Position numbers and translations under genes: made by a program. A stretch of DNA of 64,000 bases from positions 960,905-1,024,904 of the forward strand of contig JBNZDD010013632.1 of the NCBI GenBank assembly GCA_050575255.1, written 5' to 3'. The stretch comes from Harriotta raleighana. Its lineage: Eukaryota. The notes under the pieces are model-generated. The model searched no databases. It saw nothing but the letters and a program-made list of their open reading frames with translations, and was not told where the DNA came from. Below, one piece after another: positions 36,931-50,205 of the stretch (its first letter is position 1; every line of letters begins with the position of its first letter).

Positions 36931-39399
36931 GAAAAATGCAAACGAGACAGGTGAGATGTTGGAGGTGTAACACGGATTTGAGTGCAGCAAGACAGCAATG
37001 TGCAAGAGGAATGAATCAAATTGTAGCCAACCAATAAATAAATCAGGACAAGAACGTATTATGATCAATATAGGAGCTGATTATTGTTACTAAATAATGC
37101 AGTTCAAATAACCAATGAATTGCAGAAAACAATTGTTTATATGAATGTATGAAGTATGGGAAATAAATTATTAAAGCTTAGTTTCTATTAAATTAAAAAG
37201 TGAACATAACTCACCAACAGAGGCATAGTTGCGCTTAAGAATGGAAGGCTTTTTAAAAATATAACTGTTTAAAGATTGTGCACAATAGATGAGACAAAAA
37301 ACTGATAAATTACCTGAGTTTCAGGTTTTGCTTGAGAATATTTGATAGACAGTAAAATAAGCCTCAGAGGAATAGGTGTCAAAGTCAATTTGGTTAGGAA
37401 TCTTGACATTACTAAATCTCTTTCCCATATCCCTTATCCCAATTATAATATTTTGATCACAAATAATTGAATTATACAAATGTGACATTTGCGCTGAAAG
37501 GAGTGGACAATCTGTTTCTTAATCAATCAATGCCTTATTCTGAATAAGGGTGAGCAAAGAAAACATTTGTGTGTGTAGTGGGGAGGGCAGTTGGGAGCTG
37601 TATAAAGATCTGACCATCTTGGCTGATCATTACAAGTGAATTTCAATACAGATAAATAACTGATGCTACATATAGGAAATAAACTGAGATGCATGCATTG
37701 GACAGGACGATAGGATGGATATTCTGCAAGGATGAGATCCAACAGGCTGAATGGCCATTCTCAACCATACATTTCCTGTACTTTGTGATCTTTGGAACCT
37801 GGATTCCACAAGTTCTACTGATTCATTTTTCTCCAAATGAAGCAGGATATTGAACTTTGCTGCTCACATTTTGCGCAGATACTGTATTTTAAGTTTGGTA
37901 CAAAAAAGTTGAATATCGGGTGCAGCAGCTCTTATTATCAAAGTGTGAAGCTCTGATGTAAACCCTTACCTCCTTTCTCTAGTCCAGTTGGAATCCTGTA
38001 GAAGTCACATAACTGGCAAACGACCAGATCTAGGCATTGTGGAACCCTGTTGTCATCAAAGGTGGCTGAGATTTCTGGAGAATTTCCATTATTCTTCGCA
38101 GGCAGTTTGCTTGCCAAGTGCATATTGGATACCAAGCCAAGGAGCTGATTGCTGTAAATGATGATTATCATGAGAAGTAGTAATTTACCACATCCTAAAG
38201 ATGATTCAGGTGCAATATGCAACCCAGAAATTAGGGATCTGTCAACTGAATTCATAGCTTCCAAATGCTGCTGGGGGCAGAATTGCAAAGGGAAGTTGGC
38301 ATTAGCTGGATAATTTTCTTCTGATTTGGGCCAAGTAATGTTTAAAGCATCTGGTTTTGTTGGGTAATTTTTTTTGCAGACACAATCACAACAAATTTGT
38401 GAACTATTACTCAGAGTAAACAAAGTAAACAGCATTTCCTGCAGACCTTTAATTAAAATTGAATCCCAAATCGTGTTTTGCAGTCAGGCAACGAAATGGC
38501 ACAAAAATGTTATGTAGCTTGGAGGGTTCTGGTGCAATTCAAGTTGAAATAATTGTAGAGAGATCCTCAAGATTATGCTTTGGCTTCTTCCACAATACAT
38601 ACACTGTAATGCATCTGTGTTAAAGCATCTTAAAATATATTTTTGTTACAAAGTGTTGCAGTGTTGCAAAATAGTATTTTCCCACAGTCACTACACATTA
38701 CAGTAAATCCTTTGAAGCACTTTGACATAACTTCCAGATGCAAAATAATTTTTATTATTTATTATTACTGCAATCATTCTGATTAAAAATTAATTATAAA
38801 ACTTGAGAAGTTCATCCTACTCATTTGGTCCTTTAGATTTGAGTATTTATATTTTTGATTACTAACCAAAATCTACATTTATGTCCCTATCGTGTGCTTT
38901 TGTCTTTATCTTCCCATTCACTCTATATTCCTTACCTCCACCCTAACCTAACCTCCACCCAATGCTGTTGAAAGGTTGTGATCTTGTGCTCATGGCTACC
39001 TCTTTGACTACATCCATGGTCACCTGAATAGTTGTGCTTATAATTGGTACTCTCTCCCAGTCTCTTGGTCACCTACTCTCTCTGTCTCTCTCTCAACCAC
39101 ACATAGCTTGATTCCAAGTGAATGATGTAGCATTCATAAAAATATAACCAGCATTCATAAAGAAATAACCTCATGTTTTGATTATATCAACCAAGTGTTC
39201 AATGTGAACTTCTCTTAACAAAGTTTAACATATTGTGCTATCCTTTAAACAAGACAATATCAATGTACAATTTTATTGGAAATGATATGTTTTAGTGACA
39301 TTATTATGCTTCCAAATCATTCACTCGGGGCCAATGAGTTGGATCAATCGAGTAAAATTCAGATTACCAGGTGGAATGCAATAAATTATGCAACCGCAA

Positions 39400-39560
39400 A
39401 AAATGACACATTCATTAAGTTGCATGAGTGACAGCTCTTTATTAACATAACATCCGATGTCACAGAGCCATAGAAATCTAAAACATAAATCATTTTCTAT
39501 TCATATGATTTATTGCATTTTCTGTCATAATAGAGGGCATTTAATGTCATGTTCCAGGGT
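39400..39560. promoter_or_regulatory. Candidate developmental enhancer (PBX/HOX/MEIS motif cluster)
   Basis: TGAGTGACAG at 39425, ATAAATCA at 39485, TGATTTAT at 39506 and CTGTCA at 39522 within ~105 bp of non-repeat DNA. Confidence 0.35.
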
Positions 39561-40319
39561 AAAACGTCTCTGCTGGTCTAATTTGCCAGTAACTTAATCT
39601 CTGTAATGTATATTGGACGCTTAGTTTCCCAGTGCACATTTGACTTCTGATTATTCCTTGAAAAACTTGCGGTCACAATATTGCGACTGGTATTATTGCA
39701 ATTGGTGTGAAAATCTACATGCACTATTGAAACTAATGTGACTAAAGGTTAGCATCAATATTGATGGCCACTTTTGGAAGCCAAAAAAGTCTTGAAACTA
39801 AATATAATGACAATATATAGTACAAAATACCAATATCAGATTTCAAATACTTGAACTTGGTTCTCTTTGGTTAACACATCACCCGGGCACTTAAATTATA
39901 TTACTTTATCATTTCCTGACATTCTTTCTTCTTGATTTAGATCAACCATAGTCCTACACCAGTCTTACATAATCAATAGGCACTGCCTTCTTGTGGGGTC
40001 ATTTAAATCTCATTGAGGCATTACAGCAATGGTGTCCATAGTACAGTATACATCATAAAAGTCCATTAGCTCATTCTACAACAGCAGAAGCAAGTAATTC
40101 AAATAAAATGCAATTGAACTGAATTGTATTTATATGCTCTTTTATATATCGGGCTGATATAAACCTGTTTCTGCAATTTTACGGAATAAGTGGAGTAAAT
40201 AATATAATCTCTACAATAATAGAAACGTTTAGGTAGCTGCAAAAACTTATCACTTGTCATGTTTCTTCATACTCTTATCTTCTTACCTGCTTAATTCCAA
40301 GTCCATTAACCACTGCCTC

Positions 40320-40475
40320 CCTTCGATTGACCCCGGCCTCTTGATGTCCCTCGTGATCTCCGTTTTACCACAGGTGGCTGCGCTTTCAGCCCTGAAACTC
40401 TGGAACACTATTCCTCCACCTTGCCTGTTCCTTCTCCACCTTCAAATTACACCTAAAGACCTTCTTCTTCAACCA
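40320..40475 (+). mobile_element. Old L2 3' fragment
   Basis: gcgctttcagccctgaaactctggaacactattcct..ttcaaattacacctaaagaccttcttcttc (AFS..LWNT.P..FK..LKTFFF). Confidence 0.65.
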
Positions 40476-40499
40476 TGATAACCACAATTTGTTTTTATA

Positions 40500-40650
40500 T
40501 AAATCAATCAGATCCGTGGCTATTGCCAGAATGTGTTTCACCCACAAAATATACAGTCAACTCACTTTACAGTATATTCTGCAAAGTAGCTTGAGCCATC
40601 CCCCAACAATGTAATAAGGCCCTATATCAAATGCAAGTATTGTTATTATT
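40500..40650 (+). mobile_element. SINE 3' half
   Basis: cccacaaaatatacagtcaactcactttacagtatattctg..ctatatcaaatgcaag. Confidence 0.8.
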
Positions 40651-42342
40651 GATATAAAAAGGCTAGATTTTGTCATGTTGCTGAAATAAATTACCTGAGG
40701 GAATTCCATTCTAACCCTTCCTTTGTAATAGCCACATCTGTGCGTTAGCAAGATGGTCTCAAGTTAGAAAAAAATAAGAAGCTCAACAATTCCACCTGGT
40801 TTCCATGTGTTCCTTGCAGTCACTTGAGGGTTATCATTATCAGTTTGACGATGGATGACAACTAATTGATCTGGGTGATGATTGAGTTATCACAGGCTGC
40901 AAAAGCAACTAACAGTGTGCTGGGAGGATGAGGAAACAGACTATGATTGTGCTATACATATTATCTGATTCTGTAGAGGTCTCTTTTAATTGCAAAGGAG
41001 TATTTGCGCAGTCACATTAAGAAGGATGGGACCTGCAACAATGCAATGTTTCCCCAGCATTGGGCTTGAGTGTCAGCCTCGACCTTGAGTTCAAAGTTCT
41101 GACGTGGGACGTGCAAGCACAGTCTTCTTACCCAGAGACAAACAAACCAACAAGTGAAGTGGGCTTTCTATAAAATCTTTCTATTTCTGCCTGATAGCTA
41201 CCCAAGTCTGTGATGTAGGGGAAAATGAACACCTGTATCTCAACAAGGATTTGATCCATAAGATCAAATCAGTTTGCATTTCCTTCATTGGACTATGTGA
41301 CAAAGCACTTTTATGCATTGCTTCTCATGACAGAGGTGATTCTTGGATGCACAGATTTCTTATGCAGTGAGACAGGAGCATAGCATTTTAGAAGGCTGTG
41401 CTGTAATTATTTTGGTGGGAATGTAAAGCTGATTATGATTCTGAAGTGGTGGGAATAAATGTATAAACTCAGTCACGTACCTAGCTCAGTGTGGATTCCT
41501 CACTGTTTAGTACCTCAGGACGTCCACCTGACACGAAAGGCACTATGTAAATGTAATTTGTTGTTGTTGGGCATTTTCTGCTTCATGTGCAAATAAACAT
41601 GAGATTCTACCAAGGAAGTATGTTCCAAATATAATCCACATATAATGCTGATATAACCGTGATAATCTGCCATTAGACAATGGGGTAAAGTCTGTTATTT
41701 GTCATAATTCTCTTGTCAGTCAGAGCTTCCAAACGCTTCAATACATTTCCCGAATCCACGGTGACTGACTCTCCTTTTACTGGTTTAAAATAAAAAATTA
41801 TGCATGTATTCATTCCATCACAGGTTTAATTTTCCACATGTAATCCTTTTCCACAATCTGCAGATTGCTGTTGTTAGTTGATCAAGCAAAACGTGACTAT
41901 TTCTTATTGAATAATGTAATTGAATCTCATTTGTAAAGATAGCATTTGCTGATATGTTTTGAATGGTAGGAGTGGAGAAGAGGAAGTGCTTATACTTATC
42001 TTAATATCAGAGTATCAGAAATCCAATTAGTTTGTGCGCACATTATTTTTAGGGGCTTCCTAATCTATTTAAAGATTGCTTATTAAGTGATGGATGAGAG
42101 TGCTGAAGAAAGCCCCATTTTCATTTGTTTTTTACACTGTATGTGAGATCAACTTTAACCAAAACAACTCTAGGTCAAGTACTGTGCAGCTCAGCAGAGT
42201 GATTCTCTTCCATTGTTGTCTGTGTTATGTTACACATTAACCCTCATCTGAGAAGCATGCAAGAACTCCATGTTATATTCAATGGACGACCACCTCTGTC
42301 GTCCCTACTGTTCCTACTGTTGGACTGTTCCTTCACAGAACT

Positions 42343-42592
42343 TGGAGTCGTATAGCTCAGTGGTTAGAGCGAGAGACCTTGGTTTGATTCAGCCAGGGCA
42401 AATCCTTGGGCAAGTTTCCTTACTGCACACATCCGATAATAATTCGCCCTAAAAATCCACAATAATAAATTGGTCATTTAAGTCCATATATGCACAGTTA
42501 ATTCACTTCACAGTATAGTTTGTGAAGCACTTTGAAATGTCTAGAAGATGTGAAAAGCGCTGCATGAAATGCAAGGATTATTATTATCATTA
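42343..42592 (+). mobile_element. tRNA-SINE with internal deletions
   Basis: ggagtcgtatagctcagtggttagagc..ccttgggcaagtttccttact..gtgaagcactttga..aaatgcaaggattatta; Deu core missing. Confidence 0.85.
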
Positions 42593-42867
42593 GTCACAAT
42601 TCTATAGATAGTTTATAGAATTCTGAGATCCAAAATCACCTGAAGCAATTTTGGGTAACGTTTGCAAGAATAGTTTTCTGCATTTTAACTTGGACCTGAG
42701 ATAGTAATGATGGTAATCTTTACATTTGGTACAGTGCTTTTCAAGTCAGAAGTATTTCTCTCACAGGATGTACTTTCAAGTGGAGTGGCTGTATGTTTCT
42801 GTGAGCAATGTACTCTGTGTTATATTTCTTAGAAATATCTAACAGTATATAAAGTGTTCAATTCAGA

Positions 42868-44115
42868 GTCAAAATCACTTTTAACGACATTCTTAACATC
42901 TGTGACCAGGGCTCTCTCTGCCTACTTGTCCTCCTCGACCTCTCTGCTGCCTTCAACACTGTCGACAATTCCATCCTCTTACGTTATCTCTCCTCCCTCC
43001 TCAATCTCCGCGGAACTGCCCTTGTCTGGTTCGATTCCTATCTCTCTCTTCGCCTTTTATAACCACCAACAGTTTCTCTTCCGGCACCCGCACTGTCACC
43101 TGTGGCGTTCCCCAGGGCTCTGTCCTTGGCCCCTTACTTTTCAACCTATACATGTTCCCGCTTGCTGACATCATCCGCAGGCACGGGGTTAACTTCCACA
43201 TGTATGCGGATGACACCCAACTCTATCTCTCTGTCTCTACCCTCGACTTCAGGACTACCAGTGTCCTGACAGACTGTCTGTCAGACATCAAGTCCTGGAT
43301 GAGAGCTAACTTTCTACAGTTGAATGTCAACAAGACAGAGGCCCTACTGATTGGCTCACGCCAGCGCCTCCTTTCATTAGGTGTTGGCAGCATCAACCTC
43401 CATGGTTGCATATTCAACCTTATCAAGCCACCTAGGTGTCTTGTTCGAAGTTCAACTGTCTTTCTTCCCTCACATCAAAACAATGACTCGCTCTGCCTTT
43501 CCCCCACCTCCGCAACATTTCCCGACTCCGCCATTACGTCACCCCTAAAGCTGCTGAAACCATCATCCACGCCTTCATTACATTCCAGCTCAACTACGTA
43601 AATGACTTGTTGGTCGGCCTCCCCAATTCCTCCCTCCACAGGCTGCAGTTAATCCCAAACTCTGCTGCCCATGTCCTCTACCATTCCAAACTTTGTGACC
43701 CCATCAACCCCATCCTTGCCCAACTCCATTGGCTCCCCATCACCCAAAGCATCCAATTTAAGATCCTGGTCCTCACGAGTCCTCCACAACCTCTCCCCAC
43801 CCTACATCCACGATGTCCTATCCCTTTACCAACCTGCCCTCCCCCTCCGCTCAGCAGACTCTGGCCTGCTCCATGTCCCCCAACCCACCTGCCCAACTAT
43901 TGACGAGCGAGCCTTCAGTTTGCCCCCAATCTCTGGAACTCTATCCCAAAATGCCTCCACCTTGCACCCTCCCTGGCCTTCTTCAAGTCTCTATCAGCGA
44001 CTCCTACCCATCCACCCTTCCTTAGCTCGGGTCTGAAGCAGAAACTTGTCCGGGGCCTTGGGACGACCGCCTGACTTGAAAGGTGCTATATGAATTTAAT
44101 TTTGTTGTTGTTGTT
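42868..44115 (+). mobile_element. 5'-truncated L2 LINE (RT domain to 3' tail)
   Basis: [54 protein letters not shown], tail gccttgggacg..gaaaggtgctata..(ttg)n; frameshifts present. Confidence 0.96.
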
Positions 44116-44239
44116 CTTACCATTCTTTTAACCACACGTACTATAAAAGATATGAACTTTACCTCTGTTTACCTAGCATTAAGTAGGAATCTGGTTGTTA
44201 GTCGATCGGCAGATCGATTTTCCCGGGATAATAATTCTT

Positions 44240-44405
44240 CCCCCCAAAAAATATAATTTGATCACACAATCTATGTCTGTTTGTGGGACAATGCCGTGTT
44301 TCACCCACAGTCAATTCACTTTTCAGTGTATTCCGTGAAGCGCTTTGAGGAGTCTCAAAGACTTGATAAATCGCTATATCAAATGCAATAAATTATTTAT
44401 TGATT
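44240..44405 (+). mobile_element. SINE 3' half
   Basis: tgtttgtgggaca..cagtcaattcacttt..gtgaagcgctttgag..gctatatcaaatgcaa. Confidence 0.85.
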
Positions 44406-44913
44406 GGACATGCTGAATACATTGTGTTTACCTTCAATACAAATGAAAGCATTTGCCATCCATCCTTCAGATTAGAATAGGGCGTTTTATAACAAGGAGA
44501 GCAATTATAGACACACTTTGATTTCTCTCATCATTGTGGAGTCTGTTCATGTTCTCTTTCTTTAATGCATGATTCGGGATTAATCCCTTTGCCATCTGAA
44601 GGATAATTAAGGTAAAGATATATACACTAGGGCAATAATTGGATTTCCCCCTCCATTGGAGAGCTGACAGTGTTAGATCTGTGATTAAGTGTACAAATGC
44701 TCTTGCTGAACTCTTTGTAACCACAGCAACTTTGACGTAAAATTAAAGGCAATCTACAAGGCACACTCTGCAAGATGTACTCCAATTCACATGACTTTAA
44801 TAATATAGTGTGCAAACTTTTCTTTTATCACATTTGACGAGGTCTCACCAATCAAAATTTGTAGGAGTTATAAAAGCCCACTGTTTTTTTTCAGATTGCC
44901 ATTTGCTTTGTGC

Positions 44914-45145
44914 AATAATAATATTCCTTGAATTTGATATAGCGCTTTCACAGCTTCTAGATGTCTTAAAGCACTTCACAGAATATACTGTGAAGTGAAT
45001 TAACTGAATATTTGTAGGCAAACTGCGGCAGCCAATTACGTACAGCAGTGTCCCACAAACAGTCCTGAAAAATTACCAATTTATATTTTTTAGGGATTAT
45101 TTTCAGGCATGTGGAGTAAGGAAACGTGCCCATGGTTTCACCGTG
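44914..45145 (-). mobile_element. Deu SINE lacking the tRNA head
   Basis: atttgatatagcgctttcac..gcacttcacagaatatactg..gcagccaattacgtacagcagtgtcccacaaacag. Confidence 0.9.
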
Positions 45146-46297
45146 TGAAATGTTTGTAATGTAGACTGCATGGTTTCCAGAGGCATTTATAGGCTTTGTA
45201 CACTTGCAAGAAATCAGAACTGAAATGATGGTTCATCTGCAGTTTGAATTACTGCAAATTACAATGCAAAATGCCATATCAATGATAATACAGTATTACT
45301 TAATGAAGTATATTACAAGGTAAGACTCAAGGTGCTTATTTCTCTCAACACCCAGTGCATTCATGTTCTTTGAAACCAAGTGACTCTGTTTGCTGTATAG
45401 AAACTTAACATTTCTTTTCTCCACTAAGTGCAGGTGTCCATGGCATTCTGCCCTGTGGTGCATGAGTTTAAACTACTAACCAAGATGCTTGCTTTAGGAT
45501 TCAATTCATACGAATACAGACATAGCAAATAAATCCCTGTGTTGGCTAGGCTGATTGCATTTCAAATCTTTCAAATATCAAATCCAATCTGAAAAGCCAG
45601 TTGATTTTATAATCAGCACAAATATTGTTTACACAAAATTCCTGCTTTAAGCACCCATCACTTGTGCGCCAAGACATATTACAGTTCCCTCATCCCCACT
45701 GATTTCCCCCAGTTCAAATGATTTGACGGTGGGTATATTCTTATGGGTTTCATGGTATGCGGGTGTGTGGATTGACTGTGTATTTCATGTGTTACTGTGT
45801 GTGTATGTGTGTGAACTAAGTAAACTTGCCTAAGATTTTGCCCTGACCATATTATATATTATAGACTATTTTTCCACATTTAATTTCAAGGGGCATTTAA
45901 TCTGCAGTGATGAAGTTGAGCATGCTTTCACTTCAAAGCAAATCTTTTAAAAACTATTCTATAAAGTGACATTAAGTCATTAAAATCATTAAAACACCCG
46001 CCTGTGATGTTTCCAAAGCAATGATGTGCTTCCCAGGGGCACTTTACAACACTTGTTATATATTTATCAATTCAAATTTTGGTTTAGCTTACCTGTTAAA
46101 ACACTTACAGTATACCAATAACTTCTAGTAAATAATTGTTGTTAATTTAGATATAGTGCCTTTTCACATCGTCGAGATGTCTAAAAGCTGAAGCATTTTC
46201 CTCCAAAATTACTGCGGTTTTGTAGGTAAATGTGGCACCCACTTCACACACAGTATATAAGTTATAATGTTCTATTATTATTATGGTAAAGTTCCAC

Positions 46298-46385
46298 AAA
46301 CAACAACAAAATTACATTTAAATAGCGACTTTCACGTCGGGAGGATGTCCCAAGGTGCTGGACAGTCAGTGTTTCAGACCCAAGC
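46298..46385 (-). mobile_element. L2 3' tail
   Basis: (aac)n aaaattacattta..ctttcacgtcgggaggatgtcccaaggtgctggacagtc..tttcagaccc. Confidence 0.8.
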
Positions 46386-49300
46386 CAAAAAACACATGAA
46401 GTGATGAGCAATTTTATCTTTGTGAATGATTAACACAAAGTTAAGCACAGTAATATGCCAGTGATGTAACATTAAGCCACATGACTTGCTAAACTAAATT
46501 TTGCTTCTCCAATGTGAGAATAAATGCAGTTCATATGAAGTGAAGCAAATGATAATAAAATCAAGGCCATCGAACCAGCTGGAGGTGCTAGAGATGATTT
46601 TCACAGCACCAAATGAACATTATCTGCCAGGGTAAGAAAGAAACCTATTGTCAGTTAATAAGCAAAAAATTGTTCTTAATAATAGCAGTCTCTTCTATTC
46701 ATATCATCATTGTACCTTATAATTCCAGCTCACAATTTAATACAAATACTGTATAGAGCCATTAGTCATTTTCACACATATAACAAAGCAGTTTAGACCC
46801 AATTGCAGCATCAGTTAATGGAACATATTTTTAAAGTTCTTGCATGTTTAATAGTAGAATTGTATGTGTTGAATTGTGATGAATAGTCTATATTTTAAAG
46901 AAACCATGAGTCCTTTGGCCAGGGAAAAAAAATCTTTTTGTAATTTGCTACTTTTCATCATAATATTCATTATGGTAATTTCACATAATTATCTAAATTA
47001 TATGCTAGAAGCTAAAATATCCTGCTATCCTATTGCCTGCATCAAAATCAGTTTTGCAAGGGTTTAAACAAAGAGGGTGAATCTAGGTTAATAATAGTAA
47101 TCTTTGTATAATCAGTATTTCATTTTGGTTACCTCTTTGGCTATCAATGTGTTATAATTGAATAAACAACTTTTCTACATAAAATATGATCTTTCCCCAC
47201 TCTAATTGCCGTTGAACAATGGGGTAAACTAATGGTTGATCACACAGAAAAGTTTTCAATAAGAATAACTTGAGTTCCTATCGCATAGATACTCCAAAGC
47301 ATTTTGCAAAATATAATTGATTAGAAATGAAAATGAATGTTGATATTTCAGGCAAACATTCACAAAATAACTTGGACTTTGCAACAGTCATATCAACAGA
47401 TTGTAATCACCTTTCTCATAACACTATAAGTGAATCTTTAAGATGATAGATTGCTGTGGTTTTACTCTGAATTTACTTTAAAATCTTGAAAGGGTTTTCA
47501 TGCTGGATGACCAAAACTTATGTAATGTGAAGAGATTTGAAGAGAAATTAAGGTTCTTTGTTTTTTTTTCAAGCTCTTTTTGAGCTCTATTAGTATTGTT
47601 AGATTTTTTGCACTGCATAATGGAATATTGCGATTTCTATTGGAGACTTATTACCCGAGTAAGAGAGAAGCTGCTGTTTCTGAGTAAATTCTGAGAAAGG
47701 TGAAGATAAAATTACAATTTGGGAGTTATGTTTTTTATTTGAAATGCCTGTTCGGGAGGATGTTAAAGTTTTTGTTTATGTTCCAAATGTCAAATTGGTT
47801 CCTCTATTCCGAATTAAACTCCCCAACCCCGACAGGAGTTCTTCAAAGCAGAGCTGTGGAAAGAGAATAGACTTGACTCTATGCCATCAGAAAGTAACAC
47901 AAATAAATATATCTGACTTGGAATCAGGGTAACTGTGTCTTAGAATAGACCACTCTGCTCACTGGGGGTTGGAAACCACAGTTGTGGCAGTTGTGAAACA
48001 GGAAAAGTTTTATTTGGGTTGGCGACAATTGCACTGTTCCAGAAATTATTCCCTGTACGGTATTTTGTAACAGTTTTATGCCTTATCCAAGGTGAATTGG
48101 ATTAGTGATCACATCCATTAATGTTGAAATGTAACAGATGGACCTGAATTAAGTGTCAGGAGGCATAAACCGGAGTTGCTCATTTTGACCAGCGCAATTT
48201 ACCGCAGGGAAGAATTTGATCTGCTGTGCACTCGCCTCAGATTAAACACAGTACAAGGTGTTAGCAAGCTAGAAGCATCTCACACAGGATCATCAGATCC
48301 TACCATAACAATTTCTGAAGTTGCTGTTGCATGTCAACAGTAACCACTGAATTATATCTGGTGTGAGCAGAGAGGGACATGTCCTCTTCCCATCAGAGAC
48401 TGAAGACAATCCAACCACTAAAGATTGTTTCATTTTATTTGCCATTTTTTCTCCTCTCCTCCTCTTGTCCTGAAGACTTAAAGCATGTCCCTTTTGCTGT
48501 AAGAAGGGCAGATAGCATTTCAACACTTCACCCAAGGGCCTATTCTTAATCTGGTAACACAAACAGTGAATGGTAGATGCTCCATCATGAAGTGCTTTGC
48601 TGTTGAGAGAGGGATAAGAAACGTTGTAATGTAGAACAAGAGGTATGTCTACACAAATGTTTACTTCAGGCTCCCCTTGCCCAAGTAGGCATAAAATGAG
48701 AAGCAGAATAATTGCTAACTATCCATATTATCCTACAATAAAACATTCAGTTTCACACAAATATTTTGTCGATGATACTTTCCTTTTATATCTTATTCTG
48801 CAAATGATATGCATGTTGGAACAATGATCACTAGATCCTAGATGGGGGAGTGATTGTGATTCAGTTGCAGACCCACGACTGGTACATTTGGTGACTATTC
48901 ATCATTTTGTTAGAAAAAAGAAAGCAATATAGAAGAAGGTAGGAATCGAGGATCTATGAAAAATGTGCATGGCATAGACATGGCAACAGAGCACCAATAA
49001 TCAGCAGCATGCCAGTCAAACAGTCACCCTCACTCACTAAACTGCTGTAAACTGGGCAAAGTGGGTACCCGGATGTTCCCTGGGAGAGTCTCGAAGATTT
49101 AGAGCAAGTTTCATTACAGTGTTTCTTGGCAGCTATCTCAATCTAGCATTGGTAGAGATCTTAGAGTTAGTCTTTCTGTACTAGAGGTGGAGCATGAACT
49201 GGTGAGATAATTGATGAGTACTTCTTGTCTTGCCAGCACCAGGAAATGCTGCATTTGCCCTCATTATATACATTGAATTGTTTCTGCTGTAATAAGTGAT

Positions 49301-49689
49301 GATAGTGTTTCCAATGCAGATAGTAAGCAAACACATCTATAAACATTTTCTATTCCTATTAAAAGATTGTGACATGAGATATTCTCTCCCATTCCATTAT
49401 GTTAAATGGGCTGCAAAAAACATTCTGCAACAACTCCAACTCTTTATTTCCTTATGTTTCTAAGCACTTTTGGATAAAGTCCTGATCTGCTCTGAATAAT
49501 GAATTTTCGATGATGGTTATATAATGATTTTCTAATTTGGATATCTCTCACACTCATCATATTTATGGAAAGGGAAAATTACTAATTCCCTACATATTCT
49601 TGCTTTGAATCAATAAACATTAACATTGGGTGCTATTTTTGCATGTTGCTTTGATAACTATGAAATTGTTCATTACCACTTCTGAATTA

Positions 49690-50205
49690 CAACAACAACA
49701 AAATTACACTGTATAGCGCCTTTCATGTCAGGAGGACATCTCAAGATACTGGACAGTCATTGTTTCAGATCCAAGATGGGGACAGGGCAGTGGAAGAAAA
49801 GAAGGGGATTTGGGGTGACCAATGGAGTTGGGTGATGAGGCAGGACTTGGAAAAGGGCCAGGGAGGGGACCAGGCGGAGGGACTCTGGGATGGAGTTCCA
49901 GAGGTTAAAGGCTCGCCCACCATCAGTGAGGTGGGTGGGTTGGGGGACATGGAGCAGGCGGGGCGGGCAGGTTGGTAGGTGGTTAGGAGGTCACTGGTGT
50001 CGGGTGGGGCGAGGCCGTGGAGGGATTTGAATGTGAGGACCAGTGTCTTGAATTGGGTCCTCTGGATGATGGGGAGCCAATGGAGTTAGGCGAGGATGGG
50101 GGAGATGGGGTCACGGAGTTTCGAGCAGTAGAGGACATGGGTCGCAGAGTTCTGGATTATCTGCAAACTATGGAGGGAGGAGTTAAGAAGGCCGACAAGC
50201 AGGGT
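49690..50205 (-). mobile_element. L2 3' fragment with tail
   Basis: Antisense homologue of ~43610-44110 (LHSLQIIQNSATHVL, LHWLPII) plus (aac)n tail. Confidence 0.9.

Noticed and set aside
38930-38960. Telomere-like ccctaacctaacc
   Set aside because: Only one perfect unit
43152-43601. YADD-containing ORF as an active reverse transcriptase
   Set aside because: 5'-truncated, frameshifted L2 copy
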